Under the pieces are notes generated by a model, which did no database searches, was not told the origin of the DNA, and was given only the letters and a program-made list of their open reading frames with translations. This document shows, piece after piece, positions 37,347 to 49,464 of a stretch of DNA of 64,000 bases (its first letter is position 1; each line of letters begins with the position of its first letter). The stretch is from Felis catus. Lineage: Eukaryota. The position numbers were made by a program, and so were the translations under genes. Location: NCBI RefSeq assembly GCF_018350175.1, contig NC_058368.1:4092001-4156000 (forward strand). The letters are read 5' to 3'.

Positions 37347-37992
37347 TGGGAATGCGAGCTGGTGCAGCCACTCTGGAAAACAGTATGGAGGTTCCTTAAA
37401 TAACTGAAAATAGAACTACCCTACGGCCCAGCAATTGCACTACTAGGCATTTATCCACGGGATACAGGTGTGCTGTTTCGAAGGGACACAGGCACCCCCG
37501 TGTTTATAGCAGCACCATCAACAGTAGCCAAAGTATGGAAAGAGCCCCAATGTCCATCGATGGATGAATGGATAAAGAAGATGTGGTATATACATACAAT
37601 GGAGTATTACTCGGCAATCAAAAAGAATGACATCTTGCCATTTGCAACTACATGGATGGAACTGGAGGGTATTATGCTAAGTGAAATTAGTCAGAGAAAG
37701 ACAAAAATCATATGATTTCACTCCTATGAGGACTTTAAGAGACAAAACAGATGAACATAAGGGAAAGGAAACAAAAATAATATAAAAACAGGGAGGGGGA
37801 CAACACAGAAGAGACTCTTAAATATGGAGAACAAACAGAGGGTTACGGGAGGGGTTGTGGGAGGGGGGATGGGCTAAGGAAGTAAGGGACGCTAAGGAAT
37901 CTACTCCTGAAATCATTGTTGCACTGTATGCTAACTAATTTGGATGTCGATTTTAAAAAATAAAATTAAAAAAAATTTTTTTAATAAATAAA
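37347..37992 (+). mobile_element. Young 5'-truncated felid L1 3' end
   Basis: Well-preserved ORF2 C-terminus (KVWKEPQCPSMDEWIKKMWYIHTMEYYSAIKKN), 3' UTR, A tail; perfect TSD TAAAAGAAGAATTG at 37333-37346 and 37993-38006. Confidence 0.95.
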
Positions 37993-38009
37993 TAAAAGAA
38001 GAATTGATA

Positions 38010-38217
38010 GGCGCCCCGGATGACTCAGTTGGTTAAGTGCCCGACTTCATCCCAGGTCATGCACCATCTCATAGCTTGTGAGTTTGAGCCCTGCATTGGG
38101 CTCTCTGCTGTCAGCACAGAGACCTCTTAGGAGCCTCTGTCCCCCTCTCTGTCTGCCCCTGTCCCATTCACAGTTTCTCTCTCTGTCTCTCTGTCTCTTT
38201 CTCAAAACTAAAAAAAC
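38010..38217 (+). mobile_element. Can-SINE
   Basis: Diverged SINE body. Confidence 0.9.
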
Positions 38218-38221
38218 ACTG

Positions 38222-38256
38222 GGGCACCTGGGTGGTTCAGTCAGTTAAGCAGTGGG

Positions 38257-38298
<42 letters not shown>

Positions 38299-38313
38299 CC
38301 TCCCCCATTTGTG

Positions 38314-38346
<33 letters not shown>

Positions 38347-38380
38347 AAAAATAAACTTTAAAAATAAATAAACTTTTTTA
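38222..38380 (+). mobile_element. Internally deleted Can-SINE
   Basis: Head ...CAGTTAAGC joined directly to TGGGATTCTCTC; central segment missing. Confidence 0.85.
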
Positions 38381-38530
38381 AAAAAAGAATTGATAAAAAA
38401 AATTAATTGGTCAAAGCATAGACATGTAGACCTCTGTAAGTAACCAACAGGAGTGAAAACAGAAACGTTCTCAAGAATTATCTAGGAGCAGTGGGACAGG
38501 CTGACGAAGAGGGAGATGGGACTGTTCTTT

Positions 38531-38735
38531 TTTATTTATTTTTATTTTTGGGACAGAGAGAGACAGAGCACGAACGGGGGAGGGGCAGAGAGAGAGGGAG
38601 ACACAGAATCGGAAACAGGCTCCAGGCTCCGAGCCATCAGCCCAGAGCCCGACGCGGGGCTCGAACTACTCACGGACCGCGAGATCGTGACCTGGCTGAA
38701 GTCGGACACTTAACCGACTGCGCCACCCAGGCGCC
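38531..38735 (-). mobile_element. Young felid Can-SINE
   Basis: TSD GAGA(T/C)GGGACTGTTCTTT. Confidence 0.96.
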
Positions 38736-38864
38736 GAGACGGGACTGTTCTTTACCCGTTTTGCCTTTCTATACCGTTTCGATTTACCGAATACCTTATG
38801 AAAGTTTTTAACAAATAGATTCCCCGATGCAGAAAAAAATGTCCTGCTTGGAATCATTTACAAT

Positions 38865-39660
38865 TTAAACGCGAGCAGTGATGTCATCTGGGCGGATGAG
38901 CAGAATTTATTTCTTCTCCTAATGACCCAGGCCAAGCGGCAGACTCTTGTACCAGCCGCCGCTCCCGACCCGAGGGGGCGCGGGCTCCACGGAGCGGAGT
39001 CCAAAGTGCACTTCGCTCCCGAAATAGAACAGGGTAAAAAGGAGACACAGCATCTGATCGTCCCGGGAACAGCATTTGCTAGAGCTGTGTGGGTGGTGGC
39101 CACGGATTAACGGTTGCAACGTAAGTACTTTTCGGGGAAGCGAGCACCCTGGGCAAACGAGACGGCGGAGTGAAGTCGCTAATGTCACCAGCCGTCTTCG
39201 TCTGTTGATGTGAGAACAGTGCCAAAGGAACCGGCTGTGAGCCTGGGTGTAAGCCTCGGGAGACAGCCCTCCTAACGTGAGCCGAAACCGACAGGGCGGC
39301 CCTCGAGAGACTGTTGACAGTGGAAACAGATACTAAGGACTTTTTGAGACAGGAAGTGATGGGGACGATCCTGAGGCCTTAAAGCTCCAAGCTGATGGCC
39401 TCGCGGTGGGTTCGGGGACCAACACACTCAGCGCCCAGCTCGCCACAAAGCGTGGGGGGGGGTAATTTCTGTATCATTTCATCGAGTAGCCAGAAACTTG
39501 AGACACGCGTTCCCCTGAAAACTAAGCGCTCCACGCCCAGTGGTAACAACAAGAAGCCGATCCCAGTGACTGCGTACAGCCAAGCAGAACGTGGCTTACA
39601 CGGTGGCTCCAAACGTGAGACCAAGAAATGGGAATAGGCCTGCCTTTCTGCCAACTCCAC
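38865..39660. promoter_or_regulatory. CpG-enriched unique segment, candidate promoter/enhancer
   Basis: Many retained CpGs; GC box GGGCGG, CRE-like TGATGTCA, HNF4-like GAGTCCAAAGTGCA, ETS ACAGGAAGTG. Confidence 0.4.
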
Positions 39661-40725
39661 CCGATCCAGTATTTCCCCGGTGAAAGTGAAACCAGACCTG
39701 CCAAGGGCCTGTCTCTTGCCCTGAACTGGCCTCAGGAGTTGGCACATTACCTGGATGGGCCCGTGGGGAGCCCTATAGGCACTGAGGATAAGGTTGGGCT
39801 GCCCCTGCCATCTGCACACCTCCGGGTCCCTGCTCCAGGGCGGAGCGAGCAAGAAACCTGAGGAGAGCAGTGGTGGTCAAGACGCACCTGTCAGACACAG
39901 TGAGGGTGGGAAGACAAGCATGATGTACAAGTCGGGGAGAATGCAGCACTCCCCGCCCCCCAAAGGTGGAAGCGATCTCCTAACTGTGATTCTGACACCC
40001 GTTGTGACTTGTGGGCCCTTTTTACCACACCACCAAGCAATCCATTCAATCCGGACACTCTCTACCTGGAGACGGCACCCGACGCCACAGGTTGAGGTTC
40101 AGTCCCACCGGACTGTCCCCTCCCCCACGTCAACTTCAGATGCCAAACAGTCCAGTTTACCGCTGGTGCTTCTGACCGACTGGCTATGGAATGGAGGGCC
40201 CGCCATCTTCTCCTTCGGTTTGACCAGTCTTGCTACAGCAACTCACAGAACTCGGAAACGTGTTGCTTACTAGATAACCAGCTCACTATAAAAGGAGGCA
40301 ACTCAAGAAAAGCCCGACGGGAGAGATGACTAGGGCAAGGAACGCAGGAAGGGGCACCACCGCCCCCGAATCTCCATGTGCTGACCAGCCCTGAAGCCCT
40401 CCGAAGCCCATCCTTTTTTAGATTTTAGGTCTTTAGGAAGGCTACGTTACCGAGGCACGATTGATCAAATCATTGACCGTTGGCGACCAACTCAAGCTTC
40501 CCTCCCTCTCCTTTCCCCAGAGGTAGGGGGAGGGGCATAGGACTGAAAGTTCCAACCCCCCTTCTCAAGGTTGGTTTCCCTGGCAACCAAACTCCAGCCT
40601 TAGGTGCTTTCCAAAAGGCCACCTCATTCACAGAAATTTGGGTGCAGTTGACAGGAACGTCAAGACACCTTGCTCATGCTTATCACTTAGGAAATTCCAA
40701 GGGTTTTAAAAGTTCTGTGCCAGAA

Positions 40726-40922
40726 GGGTGCCTCGTGGCTCAGGGGGTTAAGCGGCCAACTTTGGCTCGAGTTATGATCTCGCGGTTCATGAGTTCAAGC
40801 CCCGTGTGGGCTCTGTGCTGACAGCTTGGAGCCTCCTTCAGATTCTGTGTCTCCCTCTCCCTCTGCCCCTCCTCTGCTCACACTCTGTCTTTCTCTCTCT
40901 CTCAAAAATAAATAAACATCTC
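40726..40922 (+). mobile_element. Can-SINE in the MER21-like LTR
   Basis: Outer TSD AAAGTTCT(G/A)TG(C/T)CAGAA. Confidence 0.93.
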
Positions 40923-41134
40923 AGGGCGCCTGGGTGGCTTAGTTGGTTAAGCGTCCAGCTTCAGCTTAGGTCATAAGCTCCCAGTTAGTGAGTTCGACCC
41001 CGCATCGGTCTCTGTGCTGACAGCTCAGAGCCTGGAACCTGCTTCACATTCTGTGTCTCCCTCTCTCTGTGCCCTCCCCTGCTCACGCTGTCTCTATGTC
41101 TCAAAAATAAATAAACATTAAAAAAAATTTAATA
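40923..41134 (+). mobile_element. Can-SINE nested in the tail of the preceding SINE
   Basis: Flanked by AAATAAATAAAC repeats. Confidence 0.9.
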
Positions 41135-41454
41135 AATAAATAAACGTTTTTAAAAAATTCTTCTTAAAGTTCTATGTCAGAAACTGAATGAAGATCAAAT
41201 AGTATATAATTATAAATTACAATATCGCAATAATCCTCTCAGCTCCTATTTATATCATGCAAAAACAAATCAAACCCAGCAAGTGTGCATATTGCTGTCC
41301 ATAGTTGCTGATCAATCGTCACCCAGATGAGTCAGATATAAATCTGTTAGGTCCCACTTACTGTGGATGGCTAAAGAATGCTGCAGGAAAGAACTTCTTA
41401 CCAATAACTGAGTCCCGATTCCTAAACACTTCTCGTTGTGTCCAAATACACGCT

Positions 41455-41637
41455 TTAAAAAAATGTTTATTTATTTGTGAGGGGAAGGGAGGGACAGAGA
41501 CAAAGGAAGACAGAGAACCTGAACCAGGCTCCGAGCTGTCAGCACAAAGCCAGACGTGAGGCTCGAACCCATGAACCGTGAGATCATGACCTGAGCCGAA
41601 GCTGGATGCTCAACCGACTGAGCCACCCAGGCGTCCC
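41455..41637 (-). mobile_element. Can-SINE
   Basis: Reverse SINE body. Confidence 0.92.
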
Positions 41638-41789
41638 AGATATTTGCTTTTTGTAAGTAGAAATATAAGCCAGATTCCTTTCATTTCCGATATCATCAGA
41701 AGTTTCTGACAGACGCCTCACGGCGATCAGATTCAAGCAGCCCTCCCCGTGGCATAACTGCAGATCACAGAACCCTTGAGCCTTCTTGG

Positions 41790-42100
41790 GGCGGACCAGT
41801 GGTCGAGTGGGCTCGTACTGGGCTCAGATACAGTCGGGGTTACCTCGCCGCTCTGGGATTTACTTGCTGTCCATAAACCTGGAAGGTTTCATCTTTTCCA
41901 TCTACGTAACTTCCAGGGATGCCGTGAGCTTAAGGGTGCACACACGTGTAAAGGACATCGCATGGAGCTTGACGCCGATAATGGTGAATACTGTTACAAT
42001 TACTCATGTTTTACAGTGGAGCGAACTGGGGCCCAGGGAGATGCAGTGGCTCGAAGTCACAAAGAGTCAGGTGGCAAAGCGGGGATCTGAAACAAGGCTC
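41790..42100. mobile_element. Two opposed MIR fragments
   Basis: + MIR-like 41790-41985 then - MIR-like TTTTACAGTGGAGCGAACTGGGGCCCAGGGAG...AAGTCACA. Confidence 0.5.
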
Positions 42101-42291
42101 TCGGTGGTCAGGCCGCTGTACCTATCACATGAGCGAACGTAGGAAAATCCGGGTTATGAGAAAGCACTGGAAGAGCTCTCTCATTGCGACTTGATTTGCT
42201 TTCACACTGTCTAAGCCTTTCCCTTTATGTTATTCCAAGGAGGGGCTCGTATGTATGGGTATTCAAGTAGTCTTTAAGAATGATGACATTT

Positions 42292-42495
42292 GGGGGCTCC
42301 TGGGTGGCTCACTTCAGTATCCAACTCTTGGTTTTCAGCTCTCACAGTTTCGTGGGTTCGAGTTCCCCCTCGGGCTCCACGCCAGAAGTGTGAAACCTGC
42401 TTGAGATTCTCTCCCTCTCTGCTCCCTCCCCCTCCCCACCCCCACTGTCTCGTCTCTCTCAAAAGAAATAAACAAACTTAAAAAAAAAAAAAAAC
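42292..42495 (+). mobile_element. Can-SINE
   Basis: TSD AGAATG(A/G)TGACATTT. Confidence 0.92.
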
Positions 42496-42708
42496 AAAGA
42501 GAATGGTGACATTTTGAACTTACTGCATATATACGAACCAGGCTTTTGAGAAAGCTGTATTTTGTGACGGGTGTGAAATAGAGACAGCATGTAGTGGAAA
42601 TACACATACCAGAAAAACTTTTCCAAACAGGTGAAGTCATTGGTGAAGGAATAGATTCAAACCTTTATAAGCCTCCTGGGCATTCTAGTGGCTTCCTGAA
42701 CAGTTTTT

Positions 42709-42932
42709 TTTTTTTTTTAATTTTTTTTTCAACGTTTATTTATTTTTGGGACAGAGAGAGACAGGGCATGAACAGGGGAGGAGCAGAGAGAGAGGGAGAC
42801 ACAGAATCAGAAATAGGCTCCAGGCTCTGAGCCATCAGCCCAGAGCCCAACGCGGGGCTCGAACTCACAGACCGCGAGATCGTGACCTGGCTGAAGTCGG
42901 ACACTTAACCGACTGCGCCACCCAGGCACCCC
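42709..42932 (-). mobile_element. Young felid Can-SINE
   Basis: TSD TTCCTGAACAGTTTTT. Confidence 0.96.
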
Positions 42933-43409
42933 ATTCCTGAACAGTTTTTATGAAACTTGATAGTAATCATTAAATTTCTGAGCCATCCCACCAAAGTTAC
43001 GGAGCTGTAAAACCACCCAAATTATGCACCTTGTAACGCTGGAGTAATGATGTAAGGAAATTTAAAAACAGAACGAGAGCCTTGTTTTCAGTTCGAGCGC
43101 TGGCCGATCTCAAGATTTACATAAATGCCGAAAGGAAAGAACGCTGTCCAACTGGGTATGAAAAGGACAAGGAATTCCTTTCCTCTTTCTGTCACCACAG
43201 CTGGGACACAAGTGCTGCTGTTCCCTGCTATTCTGGGAGGAGCCATGAGGAGGGAATCGGGGATGCGTCATGGATAAGTATGGTGGGCCAGTCCTGCCTG
43301 CGGCCCCAGCTTCAGCAGTTCCTAAGCGTCGGGACTTTGGGTCAGTGTCCTCATCGATAATATGGGGGAAATGATAATACCATCTAAGTTTGTTTTGCGG
43401 GACCTTCTG

Positions 43410-43727
43410 TTTGTTTTTGCTTTTGTTTTTTAAGTATAGTTGACCCACATTGTTACGTTAATTTCAGGTGTAGCATGTGGTGATTCAACATACTCGTACC
43501 TTATGCTGTGCTCCCCACAAGCACAGCTGCCATCTGTCACCATACGACCCTGTTATAACATCATCCCCCACGTTCCCTGAGCTGCGCCTTTCATCCCAGT
43601 GACTTATTTCGTCCATAACCGGAACCGTGTATCTCCCCCTCCTTACCCACTGTGCCCATCCCCCCTGCCCCTCCCCTCTGGCAACCATCCATTTATTCCC
43701 TGTACCCGGGGGCCTGTTTCTGCTTTT
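43410..43727 (-). mobile_element. Carnivore L1 3' UTR fragment inserted in a MIR
   Basis: TAAGTATAGTTGACCCACATTGTTACGTTAATTTCAGGTGTA...CCCTCTGGCAACCATC; MIR pieces at about 43270-43390 and 43730-43820. Confidence 0.88.
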
Positions 43728-45201
43728 GCCAACCTCCTAACTTTGTGTGAGGATTACACGGGATGTGAGAAAACATTTGAAAACTGCCTCGTCCAGGGAT
43801 GGCACACTGCCTGTTCACAATCGTCCAGCGGTACCGTCTTTTTTCAAAGCAGCGAAACGATACGCCTTTACGTTTGAAAAGATGTGGCCACCGTGAGGCG
43901 AATAAAGCAAATGGGAAAAAGTCGATGGGACCCCCAGGAACCCCAGCAGCGGGGGGGGTGGGGGGGGGGGCAAGGCTCTGTGCTCAAACCCTAGCTCTTC
44001 CCCGGGCGCCCGTGATGGATCAGCTTACAAGGGCTGGCCATCGAGTAGCAGCGAATTCCAGGTCCGTTATCTCCATGTCCTTTGAACTCGAATTTGGAAC
44101 ACAGTGCTATAAACTTTCTGAAACCACGCATGTCACATTAAAATGGTAATTGTCTTTTTGAAGCTACTTTTGAAAATGCTTATTTTCTTCCGGTGGGGGG
44201 TGGGGGGCAAGAAAACAACACCCCTTTTAATGTGGTTCCAGTGAAAGAGCAGAGCTTTGTTTGTTATGAAACCATCTGACTTAAAGAACAGGCTTCAATC
44301 ATGATACACCATTTGGCCCAAAACAGTCTTTGTTTGCTTCTTTATTTATTTATTTACTTTTGGAATCCCATTTCTATTTAAAATTGTCCTCCAACCAGTT
44401 GGAAATGGAATTCTCAGAGAAAGCCAGTTGTGAACCAGAGGAGCCGGGAGCCTGATTTTCTTCTGGCTCTATTCATGAGCGCCGGGGGGCCCGCATTCTT
44501 TTCCCTTCTTTCCAGGGCCGGAGCTCTGTACACAGCGACTCCCTTGGCTTCCCGACAAGCCCCTGGAATGCAGGCATTCAGCATCTGCTGCTGTCACTGA
44601 TAAACCCCCCCCCCCCCACCCTTCTGGCTCACCCCCACCTCTCCTCCAACTGCCTGGGTCACTTTTTATCCATATTTAACTTTCCACAGGGAGTTCTTTA
44701 CCTACGCCGCCTCTCAAAATTGTTTCCTGAAGTCTCAAACTGCCTAGTCTGTGAGGAGAAAATGCAGAAGGGACTGTAAGAAAATACTATGACAAAAGGC
44801 ATGGGAAATCTATCAACTCACTTTCTGCCCTATCGTCTATTTAACAACATTCATGCAGCGAGAAGGCACTTTGGACCCCAGGTTCTGCTCCCCGTGGCCG
44901 ACCGTTGGGAAATCTGGTTGACGTGCAAACTGAGCATGACTAGCTCCTTCTGATTTTCTCTGGGGCATAAGGGGAAAGTACCTGGGATCATCATCTACTG
45001 CAAAGGCTTGTGGGCACATAAGGGGAGCGTGCCTGGTGAGGCAAGATGCAGAGCATTTTATGGGGCACAAAGTAATTACTTTGCTCTCAATGGCTTACAC
45101 GGGGTACATTAATGAAATAATAAATAACAACAGAAACCAGCGTATTAAGGGTCAAATGTGTGTGTGTTGCTGTATACATATATAGATACATGTACACTAT
45201 T

Positions 45202-45426
45202 GGGGCGCCTGGGTGGCGCAGTCAGTTAGGCGTCCGACTTCAGCTCAGGTCACGATCTCGCAGTCCGCAAGTTCGAGCCCCGTGTCGGGCTCTGGGCTGA
45301 TGGCTCAGAGCCTGGAGCCTGTTTCCGATTCTGTGTCTCCCTCTCTCTCTGCCCCTCCCCCGTTCATGCTGTGTCTCTCTCTGTCTCAAAAATAAATAAA
45401 ACGTTAAAAAAAATTTTTAAAAAAAA
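45202..45426 (+). mobile_element. Can-SINE (young)
   Basis: TSD AGATA(C/T)ATGTACACTAT. Confidence 0.96.
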
Positions 45427-46129
45427 AGATATATGTACACTATGGATGATGGGTTTTGTTCAGTTTCACTTTGACATTGGTTACGTGAGCCCATCAGCAC
45501 GCGTGTAGGTGTGCGTTGGAGATGATGCTAATGATACAGAACATCTTAAACACTGAATTAGGAAAATATAAGAATAAATGATCGGTGTTGCTTTCTTCTC
45601 ATTCATTTATCTGCATTTGTCCAACCCAATCTGCTGACACATCTCTTCGTTTTAAGCCCCAGGTCAAGGTAATTGTTGAACTCCAAGATTTAGTTAAGCT
45701 CACCACAGACAATTCCAGAAGGTTTTAACTCCCTGACAATTCACCAAACCCAGCACCACCCAAATTCCCTGCTGGGACACATATCATCGGGCTACTCAGC
45801 CCCAAATACAGATGAAGGATATGGTTTTCTTTCCTTGCACCTTCACTCCTCTGTGCCCCAACAGAAAGTTACAGAAAGAGACTAAACATTCCTCTTCACC
45901 TTTATTTCAGTCCAATCATTTTATTCCTCCAAAAAGGAAAAGAATTGGAAGAATTATCACGACTTTCCCTGGCCCTATTTTGTTGCTGTTGCTGTTGACT
46001 TTCATTGAACATACATCTCCTGTCCTATTATTTCCTTTTCTTGACATAGCTAAGCAGCCAGACTGAAGAAGATATCCAATAAATCTCCTTTATTCCCTTT
46101 ACTTTAAAAGTAAAAACTTGGAGATCTGT

Positions 46130-47270
46130 AAAAAGCCAACGGAAAATGGAGGAAGGAGACCGATCAAAGAAATGATGCAAGTATCTTTCTCAGAGCTAGG
46201 AGTCACTAGTTTCTGCATGGAAGGGGCCAACCAAGCAGTCGAGAATTAAAAAGCAAAATCGTATCAGAGCACATTATCAAACATTTTCAGAATCCCAGGA
46301 CAAAGAGAAGCTACAGAGATGACAACAAGAAAACACCGTATTACTTCAGCCGTCTCAACAAAAGCAATGGAAGTCAGAAGGCGATGGCGAAATGCCTTGG
46401 AAACCCTAAAGGAAAATATTTTCATCCTAGAATTACATATCAAGCCCAACGACAAGTCAAGCAGGAGCCCGTAATAATCATATTTAAAAATATTTAACTT
46501 CTCAAAAACATTTTTTGTGTACCTTATAGCTTCTCACAAAAAACTTATTTCTTACCAGAAAATAAGTTCCACCAATAAAGAAGATCTGGAATAAGAGAAA
46601 TAAGAGAAGAACACAGGAAGAGGCGAGCAATGGTTAAGAGAGACGCCAGGATGACAGCTGTGTACCAGGCGTGGAGGACAAGCAGTCTGGGTCAGAGGAA
46701 ATAGGAAGGTTATAGAGGAGACCTGTCCAGAAAAGGGAAACTGATAGAATGCCTCCCGTATCTGGAAGAGGCAGTTGGGGAAGAATCTGGTTGAACTAAC
46801 AAGAGGACAGAAAGCCCAGGGGAAAGAAAAGATCATTAGCGCTAGGAAAAATAGAACTCGGCATAGAAAGGAAAAAGTAACCATAATCCCCCACATAACT
46901 CGGCCTCAAATAACATTTGCATAGTCGTAATGATGTAAATACAAAATGTTGAGCTAATTGTTTCACAGCATAACTATTTGGAGTTTGGAGAGTCCGGAGA
47001 CTAGGAACAAAACATGGCTAATAGGAGGAAGCGGAGTTAAATGATCATCTTTGATAGGAGGAAGATAACCTACAATACAAAGACAGAAAAGGAGCCATGC
47101 CATTTAGAGACACTGAAGGAAAGCAACATTTACCTAAAGACGTAGAAGTGGTTATCTCAGAAAACGAGGGGAGAAGGAAATGAAACCTATTGTTTTTCAC
47201 AACCAGCTCATTGGCTTCAGCTATGGGCATGTATTATTTTGACGACAATTAAAGCTAAAACAAATATATA
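46130..47270 (+). mobile_element. HAL1/ancient L1 ORF1-like remnant
   Basis: GCAATGGAAGTCAGAAGGCGATGGCGAAATGCCTTGGAAACCCTAAAGGAAAATATTTTCATCCTAGAATT, degenerate ORF1 C-terminal motifs. Confidence 0.6.
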
Positions 47271-47511
47271 CAAAAGTAATCCAACTAACAAAGGGGCTGG
47301 CACAGGAGATTTGCTTCTGATACCATAAAACCATGGAAACCTGGCATTTCCGTTGACGAAATAGTGATCCAAACTGCCTTCAATTAGGATAAAAAAAAAA
47401 AAAGACTTTAGACTTATATGTTTAAAGTGATTGTAGTCAGAACTCACTGGGATTTTCTGGAATTGTCTAGAATTATAAACTTCTGGAACTAATAAGAAAT
47501 AAGAAAGAGTA

Positions 47512-47739
47512 GGGGCGCCTGGGTGACGCAGTCGGTTGGGCGTCCGACTTCAGCCAGGTCACGATCTCGTGGTCTGGGAGTTCGAACCCCGCGTCGGGCT
47601 CTGGGCTGATGGCTCAGAGCCTGGAGCCTGTTTCCGATTCTGTGTCTCCCTCTCTCTCTGCCCCTCCCCCGTTCATGCTCTATCTCTCTCTGTCCCAAAA
47701 ATAAATAAACGTTGAAAAAAAAAAATTAAAAAAAAAAAA
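47512..47739 (+). mobile_element. Young felid Can-SINE
   Basis: Perfect TSD AAGAAATAAGAAAGAGTA; long A tail. Confidence 0.97.
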
Positions 47740-48638
47740 AAGAAATAAGAAAGAGTAGAAGTAAAACAATAGAGTGGCTCACATTCTGAAACAGAGCTGA
47801 GTTATTTTATGAAATACATATCATAATTTCAGGTTTATGGCTTCCACGTCTATACAAAGAGTTTTCTCATAAGACAAACCAGGCTATAGGTGACTTCTAC
47901 CCAGGGCAACAATGAACTCTGCCTACATAATAATGGGTGATGTGGGAGGGAGTCACAGACTACAGGGAAGTTTCAGGAAGAACTCATCGGGGAAATGCAG
48001 TCACCTGATGGTTGAGAAGAAACTGTCAGTACGAAACTGGAATCCAAAATAAAAGATCCGATTTGAGTACCTTACTATGAGGCAGCAGAAACCCGAAACA
48101 AATGGCGTAAACAAAAGCTGACCTTACGTGGACTGACAGCGCATTCCGCTCCCATCCGTTTGGGTTTACTGAATGGTGCTTTGCCAGCAAAGCTGGGGAA
48201 AGGCATAAAAACAATTCCATCCCTTTTCAGGCAAGTAGTGTAATCAGAAAGAAAATATAATAAACCAATTCATGGCAATGGTGGGGGTGTATCCCGTAAA
48301 AATTCAAAGCCAACATATCCAAGCCAGGATTGACTTCTTCAATAAAATACTGCCGAGGTTCCCAAGACGGCACGTCTCCTTTTTTTCTCCCCAGAAGCAT
48401 CCCAACCCAAAAAAACCTCTGGAAACAGTATCCTGGGCCAATTTCCTCACTCCGAAAACTCTACTGCAGATTGTCCTAAGATAACGTCATTAGAAATGCT
48501 AGACTAGATTCCTGGTGGATTTCATTATAAGTCTGATATAAAGTCATCTGCAATTCTAAAATAGAGCAATAAATCCTAATCTTGCCCCCCGAATAGCGGG
48601 GGGGAAAAGGGGGGGTGTGGTGGGACTGGATGTCTTTA

Positions 48639-48864
48639 TTTATTTTTTTTTATTTTTTTTCCAACGTTTTTATTTATTTTTGGGACAGAGAGAGACAGAG
48701 CATGAACGGGGGAGGGGCAGAGAGAGGGAGACACAGAATCGGAAACAGGCTCCAGGCTCTGAGCCGTCAGCCCAGAGCCCGACGCGGGGCTCGAACTCAC
48801 GGACCGCGAGATCGTGACCTGGCTGAAGTCGGACGCCTAACCGACTGCGCCACCCAGGCGCCCC
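48639..48864 (-). mobile_element. Young felid Can-SINE
   Basis: TSD TGGATGTCTTTA; CpGs intact. Confidence 0.97.
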
Positions 48865-49012
48865 TGGATGTCTTTAATAAAGCATGGACTTCTTAGTCTT
48901 TCACAAATCATAATGCGCGTGCTCCTTAATTAAAATAGGAAGTTTTTCTGTTCCTCTCACCCTACAAGCCATGGAAGCCTTTGCAGATAAAAGAGGTGAT
49001 GCTAACCCCTTG

Positions 49013-49464
49013 TGTATCAGTCAGAATCCCAGCAAGAAACAGGGGTTCACGCAGAGGGCTCACTTCATACAATTTCAGCGCGAGGACTTTTCAGAGCTGT
49101 GGGTCTCACGAAGGGACCCATCAAAGATGCTGAAACACCCAGAGGTTAGCAACATTAGGGAGCCATCATGTCCCTGGCCTTGAAGTAACAAAGAGAGGAA
49201 GACGGTGACCAGAGGCCAGTAGCTACAATCTTTGAAGGGACAGTGATTACCTGCCTTGCGGGGCGACTCAAGACAGCAAGGGGGAAAAGATCCTCACCTC
49301 CCTGTCTTCCTGCTGTCCATCTGCTTGCCATGCATCAAAGCTACCTGGAAAAAAGCTAGAACATGAAATTTGAAGGGGCCAGTCTCCCAGGATTCAGGCA
49401 GAAGAGTAGAGATGGATGGGGGAGATAGGGGGAGGGAAGGAGAAAATGGGGAATGACCAGCACC
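49013..49464 (-). mobile_element. Old ERVL-class solo LTR (LTR33/LTR79-like)
   Basis: TGTATCAGTCAGAATCCCAGCAAGAAACAG...AAATGGGGAATGACCAGCAC; 5-bp TSD CCTTG at 49008-49012 and 49465-49469. Confidence 0.7.

Larger units (their letters stand above)
39985..41229 (-). mobile_element. Solo LTR, MER21-like
   Basis: Minus strand starts TGCGATATTGTAATTTATAAT; GGAAATTCCAAGGGTTTTA and CAACTCACAGAACTC are MER21 hallmarks; split by two SINEs. Confidence 0.8.

Noticed and set aside
39379..40273. 157-aa and 159-aa ORFs
   Set aside because: No recognisable homology; a GC-rich chance ORF and an ORF running into the MER21-like LTR
48585..48603. CCCCCCG-AATAG-CGGGGGG hairpin as a terminator or structured RNA
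   Set aside because: Homopolymer-based 7-bp stem expected by chance; intrinsic terminators do not apply to mammalian Pol II DNA
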